57,129 nucleotides of DNA from Clostridia bacterium (GTDB lineage: Bacteria > Bacillota > Clostridia > DSM-8532), in contig JAIFNI010000061.1 in assembly GCA_020047785.1 (NCBI GenBank), positions 1 through 57,129 of the forward strand, read 5' to 3'. This document shows, piece after piece, positions 18,730 to 28,364 of this stretch. The notes beneath the pieces are model-generated. The model saw nothing but the letters and a program-made list of their open reading frames with translations. It did not search any database and was not told the DNA's origin. The first letter of the stretch is position 1. Every line of letters begins with the position of its first letter. Made by a program: the position numbers and the translations under genes.

Positions 18730-19632
18730 TTACAACAAATCCTGCTGCATGCAGGATAACCCCATCAAAACCGTGAATCCTTCACGCAGGTATAGACCGA
18801 GGGCCGGTGCATTCTCCGCGTTGACGGACAGAACCGCTCTGGGAAGCGCGGCCTGTTCCGTGCCAAATCGCAGGGCATGACGCAGGAGCAGCGTGCCGAA
18901 GCCTTTTCCCTGAAAACCGGGCAATATGGCCAAAGGACCTATCTCCAGCATCGGACCATCCTCGCCTTCCCCCGGGTCCCGAACGGTGCGGACCACGCCA
19001 ATCGGCCGACCGGCTTCTTCCAGAAAGAAAATTCCGCCAGGAATGGCATCGCCATCCTGCTCCATGGCCGCGACATCCTTGACTGTCAGCGGGGTGCTTG
19101 AACCCATCAGATTGGCGAATGCGGCATTGCGGATTTCCGCGTAAGCTTCTTCATCCTGTCCGAATGCGAAGGGCCGGATTCCGTAGCCGTCCGGACTGTC
19201 TGCTGCGGCAACAGGCAGAGCCTCCCTGACAAGAATATGGCTGGTGCGCTCAAGATGGAAGCCTGCCTCACGAACACATGCCATCAAATCGGCGGCACCA
19301 TCCCTCACAAACAGAAACCAGGAATCGACAGCACCCTTTTCCGGGCGTACCGCATCAAGCAGGGTCCGGTATATGCCGCTGTCCGGTATTTCACTGAACA
19401 AGATACGAAACCTGGCCCGCTTTCCCCTCAAATGGTATTCATCCATCAGCAGGGATGCGGCGGCAACCAGCTTGTCCCCCTCAAAGGCCAGACAAGTCGG
19501 TGATTCGGGAGAAGGAACGAACTCCGACAGGTCTTCTTCCGTCAGGAAGGAATCATCCAGATCGGGCTTGTGCTTCACGCAGAATTCCTTGAAGAGGGAC
19601 AGGTTTACATGGCTCAATGGTTCATATCTCAT
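18730..19632 (-). CDS. GNAT N-acetyltransferase, two acetyltransferase-like domains
   Basis: 300-aa ORF. QGKGFGTLLL acetyl-CoA motif in the C-terminal domain. Confidence 0.75.
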   Translation of the reverse strand: MRYEPLSHVNLSLFKEFCVKHKPDLDDSFLTEEDLSEFVPSPESPTCLAFEGDKLVAAASLLMDEYHLRGKRARFRILFSEIPDSGIYRTLLDAVRPEKGAVDSWFLFVRDGAADLMACVREAGFHLERTSHILVREALPVAAADSPDGYGIRPFAFGQDEEAYAEIRNAAFANLMGSSTPLTVKDVAAMEQDGDAIPGGIFFLEEAGRPIGVVRTVRDPGEGEDGPMLEIGPLAILPGFQGKGFGTLLLRHALRFGTEQAALPRAVLSVNAENAPALGLYLREGFTVLMGLSCMQQDLL

Positions 19633-19858
19633 CCGACAGATCCGCCTTTCCTGTTTTCACACAGGTTCGGACCGATGACCAGGCATGCGCCTTTTCGTGT
19701 CCTGCTCCTGCGTGCAAGGTAAGAATATCATGGAACGCGTGGGTATGATATGCTGAGAAAAAGTAAGAGGAATGCGTGCGCATCAACTTTCATCAAGCTG
19801 TTCGCCGGGAAACAGTTGCGTACTTCCCGGTAATCTGATGATACGGGGACTTTCGGAC

Positions 19859-20824
19859 ATGAACGACGCCACAACCCCCATCCTGTATGGAAAACGCCTC
19901 TTCCGCGAGGGCATCCAGGTGTATGTGAACCGCTCCGACGAGACTTTTCAGGACTACATGGGCGTGATGCACCGTCATGATTTCATCGAAATCGCCTGCG
20001 TGATTTCCGGAACCGGCCTGCATCAGGTCGGGGAGGCAAAATACAGAACACAGGCCGGTGATCTGTTTCTCATCAACCATGATGTTCCACATGGCTTCTT
20101 CACAGGATCAAACCCCGAACAATCCGCCGGACAAACTGCCGAACCATCCGCCGACAAGGACAACAGTCACAATGAAGCCCAGAGACTCGTCGTCTGCAAC
20201 TGTGTTTTCACACCCGCTTTTCTGGATGCGTCCCTGCTTGGCGTAGCGCATTTTTCGGATGTCACCTCTTCTTATCTGTTTCGATCGCTTTTTCAGGAAT
20301 CTGGTGTTCCGGAAGCGGACCTGCACCTGTCCGGGACGGATTTCAGGGAGTTCGGCACCCTGTTTTCCGCCATGCACAAGGAATATCAGGATGAAAAAAA
20401 AGGGTATCCGGATATCATCCGTGCCCTTTTAATCACCCTGCTCATCAAGATGTTCCGTCTGATGGAAGAAAACAGAGCGGCTGAATCCGATCCGCACCCT
20501 TCCTCCGATTTTCACAGGCAGCTGGTGAACCGTGCCATCGCCTACATGCAGGAACACGCCTCCTCCGCGCTCCGGCTTGAGGATGTCGCCATGCAGAGCT
20601 TCGTCAGCAAGAATCATTTTTCCCGTCTTTTTCGGGAAGTCACGGGAATGAAATTCAGCGACCATCTGCAGAAATTACGCATTGACGAAGTCATCCATCT
20701 GCTGTCCACCACACACGACAAAGTGACGGATATCGCCTTGTCCTGCGGATTTCACGACATCAAGCATTTCTACGCCATCTTCCGGAAACAGACGGGAAGA
20801 ACCCCGGGTCAATACCGGAAATAA
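19859..20824 (+). CDS. AraC family transcriptional regulator with N-terminal cupin-like domain
   Basis: ORF 19772..20824, ATG 19859 chosen. C-terminal HTH_18 pattern (CGFHDIKHFYAIFRKQTGRTPGQYR). Confidence 0.85.
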   Translation: MNDATTPILYGKRLFREGIQVYVNRSDETFQDYMGVMHRHDFIEIACVISGTGLHQVGEAKYRTQAGDLFLINHDVPHGFFTGSNPEQSAGQTAEPSADKDNSHNEAQRLVVCNCVFTPAFLDASLLGVAHFSDVTSSYLFRSLFQESGVPEADLHLSGTDFREFGTLFSAMHKEYQDEKKGYPDIIRALLITLLIKMFRLMEENRAAESDPHPSSDFHRQLVNRAIAYMQEHASSALRLEDVAMQSFVSKNHFSRLFREVTGMKFSDHLQKLRIDEVIHLLSTTHDKVTDIALSCGFHDIKHFYAIFRKQTGRTPGQYRK

Positions 20825-20830
20825 GCACGC

Positions 20831-21742
20831 CTACAGCATTGCCCAAGCCCGGTTCAGGGTCCGCTTTGCGTTGGCGATGACCAGTTCCGGATCCTCCTGA
20901 CCAAATGGTTTTACTTCAAAGCTCAGAATCGGAGGATTTTGGGTATTCAGGAAACCAATGTCCAGCAGCACGCGAAGAAATGCGGCAACCTCCCCGGCGT
21001 CGTTCTCGCCGCCCGGGAAACCAAAGCGCGGATGGACATCCCCGTAGGCCGGCCAGGACGGATTCCGGACCACGCAGTTTCCGATGTGCGCATGGACCAG
21101 ATGTTCACGGACCGGAAGGATGGCTTCCTCCGGCGATTCCCGGACAAGGGGGAGATGGCTGAGATCCACCAGCAGGCCGAAGTTGTCGCAGGATTTCGCC
21201 ATATCCTCCGCAAAGCGTTTGGCAAGAGGGGCAGGTCCGACCAGACTGGCCTTGTCCACATCATAATCAAACACTTCAAGCGTCACACGGGGGCATCCCT
21301 TTTCCCGGGCAAAGGCACACAGTTCCTGCGTGGAGGACAGGAGCGCCGCGTAAGCTTCCTCCTTGCGTGCCTCCTCATAATGGCCGCTGAGAAACGCAAA
21401 GCCCTCGGCTCCGAGATAAACGGCCTCCTCCATCCCCTCTTTCAATATCCTGACGGCTGCCTGACGGCCGTCAGGATTCAAATCGTTGATGTTCAGTCCG
21501 GTCGTGAGCAGACGCGGCTGCGCCCCGTATGCGACACTGATGTGCGAGGTTCGCAGAAGGTCACGCGCCTTCTCGCGCACAGCGGGGTCCTTCATCCAGG
21601 TGACCTCCACCGCATCGAAATAATCGTCCTTCAGGATGGCCTTCAGGGTTTCCAGAATCGGTCCCTCCCCCTTCATCACCTCCGGATAGGCCATGAAATG
21701 GATCAAACCCGCCCGCAGATAGTTTTTCATCGGATATATCAT
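20831..21742 (-). CDS. Sugar phosphate isomerase/epimerase (xylose-isomerase-like TIM barrel)
   Basis: 303-aa ORF, AAGGAGG RBS. DLSHLP / HAHIGN motifs. Confidence 0.75.
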   Translation of the reverse strand: MIYPMKNYLRAGLIHFMAYPEVMKGEGPILETLKAILKDDYFDAVEVTWMKDPAVREKARDLLRTSHISVAYGAQPRLLTTGLNINDLNPDGRQAAVRILKEGMEEAVYLGAEGFAFLSGHYEEARKEEAYAALLSSTQELCAFAREKGCPRVTLEVFDYDVDKASLVGPAPLAKRFAEDMAKSCDNFGLLVDLSHLPLVRESPEEAILPVREHLVHAHIGNCVVRNPSWPAYGDVHPRFGFPGGENDAGEVAAFLRVLLDIGFLNTQNPPILSFEVKPFGQEDPELVIANAKRTLNRAWAML

Positions 21743-21776
21743 CTTTTCCTCCTTCTTGAGCCGACAGCCGGCCTGT

Positions 21777-23798
21777 TCATCGTATCAGCAGGGCTTCAAA
21801 CCGGTCCAGTTTCTTGAAGCGGACTGTCAGCCAGCCGGCACGCCAGGTAAAGTCCTTCTCTTCTCCGCCCACAAGACTTCGAATCGAAACCGGATCCACC
21901 GGCATCGGGATTTCGCAGACAAGATCATGAATCGGCGTCGGCTCGAAAAAACTGTTGCCGAAGTGTCCATTGTTGTTGATCAGATGGAAGAGGCGGAATG
22001 AACCGTCCCCGCTTTTCAGCAAAGTTGCTTCCACCATGGGTGGAAGATTCCCGCCAACCGGTTGAAGGCCCATCAGATTTTCGAAGACATCCGTCAGGAA
22101 TCCGGACGTATTGGGATAACCCTGTCGATGAAAGAATCGACCCGGCAACCAGGGAATGTGGATGGCTTGACCTTTGCCGAAGGCATGAACCGCAACACCT
22201 GGATGTTCGGTGGGTCCGGTCAGCGGATAGCAGCGTTCCGGCGGACCAAATGCCTGAGGAGGCAACAGTCTCAGATACTTCCGCGTCCCCTCCGCATAGG
22301 TCGTCTGCTGGTAGTCTCCGTCCAGAACAATCAGGTCGCAGTCGTGAAAACGGGAAAATGTCTTTTTGTCCTGCACGGTGAAGTAAGCTCCCCTTGCCTT
22401 CAGCGTTGTCCCGCCTGAAAGAATGCCCAGGCTCTGCAAGGCAGGATTTTCGCGCAATTCACCCGCTTCGTCCGCACAGGAGGTCCTTCCGGTAGCCAGC
22501 AGAACATGTCCGTCCGCCACAAAAGCATCCAGAATACGGACTGTTTCCGTATCAAGGTTTTGAAGATTGGGCAGAATGACTTTTTTGTACTTGGACAGCC
22601 CTCCTTCCTTCACCTGCGGAAGCACCATGACATCGAAAAGCTGATGCATTTCCGTGAGCACCCTGTATAATCCGAAGAATTCCGCCATATCCCCATCGCC
22701 ATGCCCACCCCAGTGCTCCTCGGCGAGAAGCACCGTATCGCAGTCCGCATGGTTGTCCCGATAAAAGATTTCATTTTCCTTCTGGAACCGGAAGACACGC
22801 TGTACCCCTGCAAAGCCCGATCGGTCCGCATGGTTGTCCAGACGCCCGATCAGATAATAGTCCAGCGAGCCCGCATTCGCAAGGTTCTGATAGAGCCGAA
22901 GTTCCTGCTGATACGGCGAGACTGTGACATGGCGTGTCGGAAAATCGATGAAATCAACAGATGTATTGCTGGATATGAAAGACGGGTAGGAGCCACGGAC
23001 CCACTTGGTGTTCTCGGACCCGCTGTATTGCCAGGAAGGCAGCGCGCGATCGAGGGCGGTGTTTGATTCCTGCCGGATGAATCCGCTTTGCTCGGTATGG
23101 AGATCATGATTGATGAGGATTTCCGGGCGTATCGATTTGATGAACCGGCAGACTTTTTCCGCATACATCCGGGATGTCTTCTTCTTGAAACTCATGTATT
23201 TGCGATAAACCGGATCCTGCAGATCCGCCATTTGAGGCAGCGGCAGATTGTACATTTCCGAAAAACGGTTCCGGCAACCCGCGCATTGGCAGATCCCGTG
23301 CTGGACACCGCTGTAATCACTCGTCACATAACCGCCCATGTTGAAGAAGATGCCGTCGACATCCAGTTCCTCCAGCGTCTCCCGGATGATGTCCAATGCA
23401 TGGATCTGCTGGTACTCGCTGTTGAGGCATACATGAACATCGCCCTGATAGTCCACGATGTTGCCATCAATCCCCACATAAGCCCATTCGGGATGTGCTT
23501 CATACAGCGGGCGGCGTACTTTGGAGAAATCCGTCCGTGCCATGACCCGGATGTCTTCGCGATGACAGGCCGCGATGATGTCCTGCAGGCTGTCTCCGGT
23601 CAGATACGCGCTTTGGGTATGAAAGGGCAGTTTGGTCCCGTAGCTGGCGATGATTCCGGATGTATTGATCATGGCGATGGTGGCATCAAAAGCCTTCAAT
23701 TCCGAAACATACCGCTCCGCATCGATGTCCGCCATGTCGATTTCCCGCAGATTGGTTTGTACAAAGCGCCAATCGTACCCATCCCACCACTTGCCCAT
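21777..23798 (-). CDS. Putative glycoside hydrolase (GHL6-like N-terminal TIM barrel + beta-galactosidase-trimerisation-like domain)
   Basis: 673-aa ORF, GGAGG RBS. N-terminal pattern WW..YDWRFVQTNLREIDM...HPEWAY resembles the GHL6 family by eye. No signal peptide. Confidence 0.6.
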   Translation of the reverse strand: MGKWWDGYDWRFVQTNLREIDMADIDAERYVSELKAFDATIAMINTSGIIASYGTKLPFHTQSAYLTGDSLQDIIAACHREDIRVMARTDFSKVRRPLYEAHPEWAYVGIDGNIVDYQGDVHVCLNSEYQQIHALDIIRETLEELDVDGIFFNMGGYVTSDYSGVQHGICQCAGCRNRFSEMYNLPLPQMADLQDPVYRKYMSFKKKTSRMYAEKVCRFIKSIRPEILINHDLHTEQSGFIRQESNTALDRALPSWQYSGSENTKWVRGSYPSFISSNTSVDFIDFPTRHVTVSPYQQELRLYQNLANAGSLDYYLIGRLDNHADRSGFAGVQRVFRFQKENEIFYRDNHADCDTVLLAEEHWGGHGDGDMAEFFGLYRVLTEMHQLFDVMVLPQVKEGGLSKYKKVILPNLQNLDTETVRILDAFVADGHVLLATGRTSCADEAGELRENPALQSLGILSGGTTLKARGAYFTVQDKKTFSRFHDCDLIVLDGDYQQTTYAEGTRKYLRLLPPQAFGPPERCYPLTGPTEHPGVAVHAFGKGQAIHIPWLPGRFFHRQGYPNTSGFLTDVFENLMGLQPVGGNLPPMVEATLLKSGDGSFRLFHLINNNGHFGNSFFEPTPIHDLVCEIPMPVDPVSIRSLVGGEEKDFTWRAGWLTVRFKKLDRFEALLIR

Positions 23799-23951
23799 GC
23801 CAATATCCTCCGGTGTTCTCTGTCTGAGGTGCCTTCTCCTGGGTCTTTCCAGGACCTTACATCATTTCCGCCAATGCGGCATCCAATTCGTCCAGTTCCT
23901 CCGGTTTCAGCTGGAAGCCGAATCCGGACGGTTCGGACCGCCCTTCTCATT

Positions 23952-24026
23952 CTATACCTATCCTCTAATTGCGCAGCAATTAGAGGTCTTCCTGGTGATT
24001 CAAGGCGAAGCATCAAGGGTCTATCC
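23952..24026 (-). repeat. Single unit of the GGRTAGACC / ATGCTTCGCYTTGAATCACCAG / variable-hairpin repeat family
   Basis: Reverse complement reads GGATAGACC CTTG ATGCTTCGCCTTGAATCACCAG GAAGA CCTCTAATTGC tgc GCAATTAGAGG ATAGGTATAG. Hairpin at 23962-23986 (11 bp perfect, 3-nt loop). Confidence 0.8.
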
Positions 24027-24029
24027 TGC

Positions 24030-25517
24030 TCATCGCGCATACGAGGAAAACGGCCAGACCGGCTGCCATTCAGCACGCACGGCGTCTTCCAGCGCTGCGC
24101 CTATGCCGAACAGCTTTGCTTCGGAAAAAGGCAGCCCGTTCAGAACCAGCGGAACCGGTATTCCGGCCGATTCGTCGAATCCGACCGGGAAGGTCAGGGC
24201 TGGTGCACCTGTCACGGGGAAAACAAAAAGACCGTTCGGAGAAACCACGGCATCCAATCCGCCTTTCGCACCGGAGAGTTCGGCGTTCCCTTCCGTGAAG
24301 CGACGTTCCAGTTCGACAAGCGCGGTGCGGATTCTTCCCCGGGCGTCCGAATATGCTTCGGTCAACATGGGACGATGCAATGCCAGTGCCTTGTCGATCC
24401 AGATTTGACCGTACTGCAGGCACGATGCCGGATGCTGCAGATTGAAGGCAGCCAAGTCAGCCATCGTTCTCACGGACTGTGCATCCTCCCGCAGTGTTGC
24501 GTCGAATGCGGGTCGGAATTCATGGAGAAGGACCTCCAGCATGTCCTTCTCATCCACTGGCGGCGGGGCAAACGGGACGAGTTCCGCGCCAAGTTTTTCC
24601 AGGATTCCAAGGGCAGCATGAAAAGCCGGAAATTTCGTCTCGGTCCCGTTTTCGTCCTGGAGGAAAATGCCGAGACGGATACCGGCAAGTCCCCCCTCAT
24701 GGGCGGAGCAGTCAAGCAAGCCCGGAACAGACCTTCCGATACAGGTTTCCGTGACCGGATCCGCCGGATCGTATCCGGCCATGATCGAAAAAGCCAATGC
24801 GCAATCCCGGACGGTTCGCGCCATCGGTCCCGCGGTATCCTGAGACGGGGAAATCGGAATGATGCCGTTTCGGCTGACCCAGCCGATCGTGGGCTTCAAG
24901 GCGGCTATCCCCGCCTGAATCGCCGGACTGATGATGGAACCGCATGTTTCAGTCCCGACAGCCAACGGAACATATCCGGCAGCCACCGCGACGGCAGAGC
25001 CTGTGGAGGACCCCGACGGATCCCCATTCTCCTTCCAGGCATGCCGGACTGTTCCACCCCGTGACGAATATCCGTTCGGCATGTTTTCCGTCATGAAATT
25101 CGCAAGCTCGGTCATGTTCGTCTTCCCACACAGAACTGCGCCCGCGGAGCGCAGACGGGAAGCAACCATGGCGTCGGCGGGGGCATATCTGTCCGCCAGA
25201 GCCAGGGAACCGGCGGTCGTGTGCATCGCGTCCCCGGTTCCGATGTTGTCCTTCAAGAGGACAGGAATGCCGTGCAGCGGGCCCGACACGCCGATTTCCG
25301 CGCGTTCCCGGTCCAGTCCCGCCGCTATCCCGTCCGCATCCGGATTCCATTCCAGCACTGCGTTCAAATGCGGCCCGGCCTGATCCAGCACGGCAATCCG
25401 ACATTGGGTTTCCACGATGCGTCGAACTGCGGCGTCTTTCAGATCCCGATCCCTGTTTTGCATGCTGATGATTTCGCTGCAAGCCTTTTTTCCGATTGCC
25501 ATCATTTCGCCTTTCAT
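24030..25517 (-). CDS. Amidase (amidase-signature family)
   Basis: ORF 24030..25637. GIPVLLKDNI and GSSTGSAVAVAAG signature motifs. Start set at ATG 25517 to avoid overlap with the upstream CDS; ATG 25505 is an alternative. Confidence 0.85.
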   Translation of the reverse strand: MKGEMMAIGKKACSEIISMQNRDRDLKDAAVRRIVETQCRIAVLDQAGPHLNAVLEWNPDADGIAAGLDRERAEIGVSGPLHGIPVLLKDNIGTGDAMHTTAGSLALADRYAPADAMVASRLRSAGAVLCGKTNMTELANFMTENMPNGYSSRGGTVRHAWKENGDPSGSSTGSAVAVAAGYVPLAVGTETCGSIISPAIQAGIAALKPTIGWVSRNGIIPISPSQDTAGPMARTVRDCALAFSIMAGYDPADPVTETCIGRSVPGLLDCSAHEGGLAGIRLGIFLQDENGTETKFPAFHAALGILEKLGAELVPFAPPPVDEKDMLEVLLHEFRPAFDATLREDAQSVRTMADLAAFNLQHPASCLQYGQIWIDKALALHRPMLTEAYSDARGRIRTALVELERRFTEGNAELSGAKGGLDAVVSPNGLFVFPVTGAPALTFPVGFDESAGIPVPLVLNGLPFSEAKLFGIGAALEDAVRAEWQPVWPFSSYAR

Positions 25518-25551
25518 GGTCGCAGACGGACCTGTGGGACAGTCATACCGG

Positions 25552-26472
25552 TTATCCTGCCGTGAAAATTGTTTCCCCGCTTCCAAATGCCGATGTTCTG
25601 ATCCATAGCTCCTTTTTGTCTTTTTGCAGATGAACATATTCAGGATAGAATTCCATTGTCATGGATTTCCCATATAAGTAGAATTGAATCGTTCTCCCCT
25701 TGTTCCCGAGGCTGTCTGCTGCCGGTGCCGGAACGACATCATGCCTGCCGAGTGAAAGAGCCAGCCCCTGTATGCGCCAACTCGGCAGAAATAGCGGAGT
25801 TTCCATGACAACCAATGGACTTTCATACAAACAGGCAAGCAAATCATCCGATTCCAGCCATGCTGCCTTCGGGGGCAGAAAGGCCAGGCTCGGGGCTGTC
25901 ACATCCGCACTGCACGCGTAAAAGTCATCCCCGTATTTGAAAAGATTCCGGCCAAACACTTCGATTTCATAGGTGGCGCCATTCTTGACAAATCGGTATC
26001 TCCCAATCGCAGACATCGCCTCCGGCGCAAATCCATTGTTGACCGTACCGATAAAATCGTGCGGTCGAATATGGGTCCTCATCTGCGGTTCCAGGCTGAG
26101 GACCTGACCATCCGACTCGATTTCGAACATGTCCCATTCCGCTTCCCAGGCCCAGGCAAACAGGGGATCATTCATCAGATTCACAGTGAAAGCATCGTTT
26201 TGAAGCGCCTCATTCTCCTGAATGAGCACATCGTTCTCTTCAAGGGATTTCTGAAATTTCTCCCCCAATTCATGGTTACGGGTCAGCAGATCCTGTTTCT
26301 CCCTGACCAGTTCCTCTTTTTCCTTCTGGAGGTTCTTATGCCTGATTTGCAGTTCCGCAAAATCTCGCCGCAGCAGCATCTGTCCGGCATCCTGCGAGCA
26401 GGCTGTCAGCTGCAGGACCAGGCATGTCATGGCACACGTCATGATTCTCCATGTTTTTGGCCCAACCCTCAT
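25552..26472 (-). CDS. Hypothetical lipoprotein with coiled-coil segment
   Basis: ORF 25552..26517. ATG 26472 has AAGGA upstream. Signal peptide with lipobox (LQLTAC), followed by a heptad-like charged stretch. Confidence 0.6.
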   Translation of the reverse strand: MRVGPKTWRIMTCAMTCLVLQLTACSQDAGQMLLRRDFAELQIRHKNLQKEKEELVREKQDLLTRNHELGEKFQKSLEENDVLIQENEALQNDAFTVNLMNDPLFAWAWEAEWDMFEIESDGQVLSLEPQMRTHIRPHDFIGTVNNGFAPEAMSAIGRYRFVKNGATYEIEVFGRNLFKYGDDFYACSADVTAPSLAFLPPKAAWLESDDLLACLYESPLVVMETPLFLPSWRIQGLALSLGRHDVVPAPAADSLGNKGRTIQFYLYGKSMTMEFYPEYVHLQKDKKELWIRTSAFGSGETIFTAG

Positions 26473-26488
26473 GAAACGTTCCTTCTCA

Positions 26489-27409
26489 TTAGGCTCCGCG
26501 CAGCACAAGCCGGTCAATGATGCTCACCAGCCGGCCGATCTCCGGTTTTGAAATCTGTTCGTCAGCACCGACCTCTTTTCCCTTGAGCCGCATCTGCTCA
26601 TCGATGATGGAGGAGAAGATAATGACCGGCAACCCGCAGAGCCGTCGATCTTCCTTGATGGTTTTCGTCAGACTGTGGCCATCCATCTGAGGCATTTCAA
26701 GGTCCGTGATGACGCAGGATACATGTTCTTCCAGCGGAACATCCGGGTCATCCCGCCAACGAATCAGCTGTTCCAGGGCGGCCTGCCCGTTCTGTACAGC
26801 CGTGACCTGTACATAGCCTGACTTTTCGAGAGCGGTCAGGATCATCTTCGAAAGCAGGGCGGAATCCTCTGCCAGCAGGATATGCCGGTCACTTCGCGCG
26901 CGTGAGGTCATGGCTTCGATCTCCGATGCCTGAATACCCGTTTCCGGGCTGATGTCCATCATGATCCGCTCAAAATCGAGGATCAGAATCATCCGATCCG
27001 GCATCTTCACGATGCCGGTGACGGAACTGTCCTTGCGCTGGCTGAGGCCTTTGGCCGGCGGTTCGATATCCTTCCATGAAAAACGGTGGATGCGGTCGAC
27101 GCCATGCACCAGAAAGGCAACGGTGAGTTGATTGAACTGCGCAATGAGATAAAGGCTGATTGTATTGCTGTCCGGCTCCTCCATATGCAGGTATTTCGGC
27201 AAATCGATCACATTCATCACCTGATCCCGCAGCATGATGACACCCCGGATGCAGGGATGAGAAAGCGGAGTATGTGTGGCAGGCGTGAACCGGACAATTT
27301 CCTTGACTTTCGCCGCGTTGATGCCGAACGAGTTCTCACCGATGCGGAACTCCACAATTTCAAGTTCATTGGTGCCGCTCTCCAAAAGGATCCCCTTGCG
27401 TTCATCCAT
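26489..27409 (-). CDS. cheV: Chemotaxis coupling protein CheV (CheW domain + receiver domain)
   Basis: ORF 26489..27451. ATG 27409 preceded by GGGAGG. N-terminal CheW-like pattern (GTNELEIVEFRIG...FGINAAKV), C-terminal receiver (ITDLEMPQMDG). Confidence 0.85.
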   Translation of the reverse strand: MDERKGILLESGTNELEIVEFRIGENSFGINAAKVKEIVRFTPATHTPLSHPCIRGVIMLRDQVMNVIDLPKYLHMEEPDSNTISLYLIAQFNQLTVAFLVHGVDRIHRFSWKDIEPPAKGLSQRKDSSVTGIVKMPDRMILILDFERIMMDISPETGIQASEIEAMTSRARSDRHILLAEDSALLSKMILTALEKSGYVQVTAVQNGQAALEQLIRWRDDPDVPLEEHVSCVITDLEMPQMDGHSLTKTIKEDRRLCGLPVIIFSSIIDEQMRLKGKEVGADEQISKPEIGRLVSIIDRLVLRGA

Positions 27410-27587
27410 CCGCCAACCTCCCGCCGGTATTCCACATAAGCTGATATCCAATGATTCTTTCCCTTTGTCGCGCTTGTCAAAACCAAGGAATCACATGGAA
27501 ACTATGCTGATGCGCAACCATTTGATATACTCTGGACATTGGTGCCGCATAAAGGGCACACACCGGATGACCGGAGGTGCTTCTTCA

Positions 27588-28364
27588 ATGATGAGTTTAT
27601 TGATTGTGGACGATGAGCCGCTCATCCGCAAGGGGATTCTGGAACGAATCGATATGGCAGCCATGGGCATTGAAGCGATATGGGAGGCGGCAGATGGTCT
27701 GAATGCCTTGAAGCTGGCAAAAGACCATCAACCTGATATGATGCTGGCAGATATCAACATGCCCGGCATGGACGGGCTGCAGCTTGCCAAAGCCGTCAAG
27801 GAGGAAAGTCCCGGAACGCATATTGCCATCATCACCGGATATGACTATTTCGAATATGCCGTGACCGCCCTGAAGACCGGTGTGGATGATTTTGTTCTGA
27901 AGCCTGTTTCCAGAAAGGACATCCATGAAATCCTCACCAAACTGATTGCGTCGGTGAAGGCGGATCGTCAGCGCAAAGAAGCGTTCAGCACAGCTTTCCA
28001 ACTCACCCGGGACGAAAGCGCGCAGAACCGGAACAACGAATATGCTGTTGCCATTTCGCGTGTACTCGACAGGGAGCTGTCAAATCCGGCATTTTCCCTG
28101 GTGCAGCTGGCCCAGGAAGTCGCGCTGAGTCAAACGTATCTGTCCACCCTCTTTCGACAGATTTTCGGGATTCCTTTTCAAGATTGGATGATCCGCGCCC
28201 GCATCGACAGAGCGAAAATATTGCTGCTCTCCACCAATCTGAAGGTGTATGAAGTGGCTGCCAAGGTTGGATTCGACGATCCGAACTACTTCAGCACGGC
28301 CTTCAAGAAACAAGTGAAGCAAACACCCAACCAATACCGGGATGCGCAGGGAGCGAACGCATGA
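27588..28364 (+). CDS. Response regulator with AraC-type HTH output (YesN-like)
   Basis: ORF 27276..28364. ATG 27588 has GGAGG 11 nt upstream. LLIVDDEPLIR receiver and C-terminal HTH_18. Confidence 0.85.
   Translation: MMSLLIVDDEPLIRKGILERIDMAAMGIEAIWEAADGLNALKLAKDHQPDMMLADINMPGMDGLQLAKAVKEESPGTHIAIITGYDYFEYAVTALKTGVDDFVLKPVSRKDIHEILTKLIASVKADRQRKEAFSTAFQLTRDESAQNRNNEYAVAISRVLDRELSNPAFSLVQLAQEVALSQTYLSTLFRQIFGIPFQDWMIRARIDRAKILLLSTNLKVYEVAAKVGFDDPNYFSTAFKKQVKQTPNQYRDAQGANA

Noticed and set aside
23799-23951. Small frame in the amidase/GHL6 spacer ending ...FGFQLKPEELDELDAALAEMM-stop, as a possible micro-protein or gene remnant.
   Set aside because: There is no start codon or RBS in frame, and the frame opens right after a stop. 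I cannot support it from sequence alone.
23088-25064. Very long ORFs antisense to confident genes (23088..25064, 12507..13955, 9675..10847, 53807..54985, 5081..6145, 11426..12385 and similar).
   Set aside because: These are shadow frames of G+C-rich coding sequence. Their translations are Arg/Pro/Gly-rich and low-complexity, carry no motifs or RBS, and each overlaps a gene with clear family signatures on the other strand.
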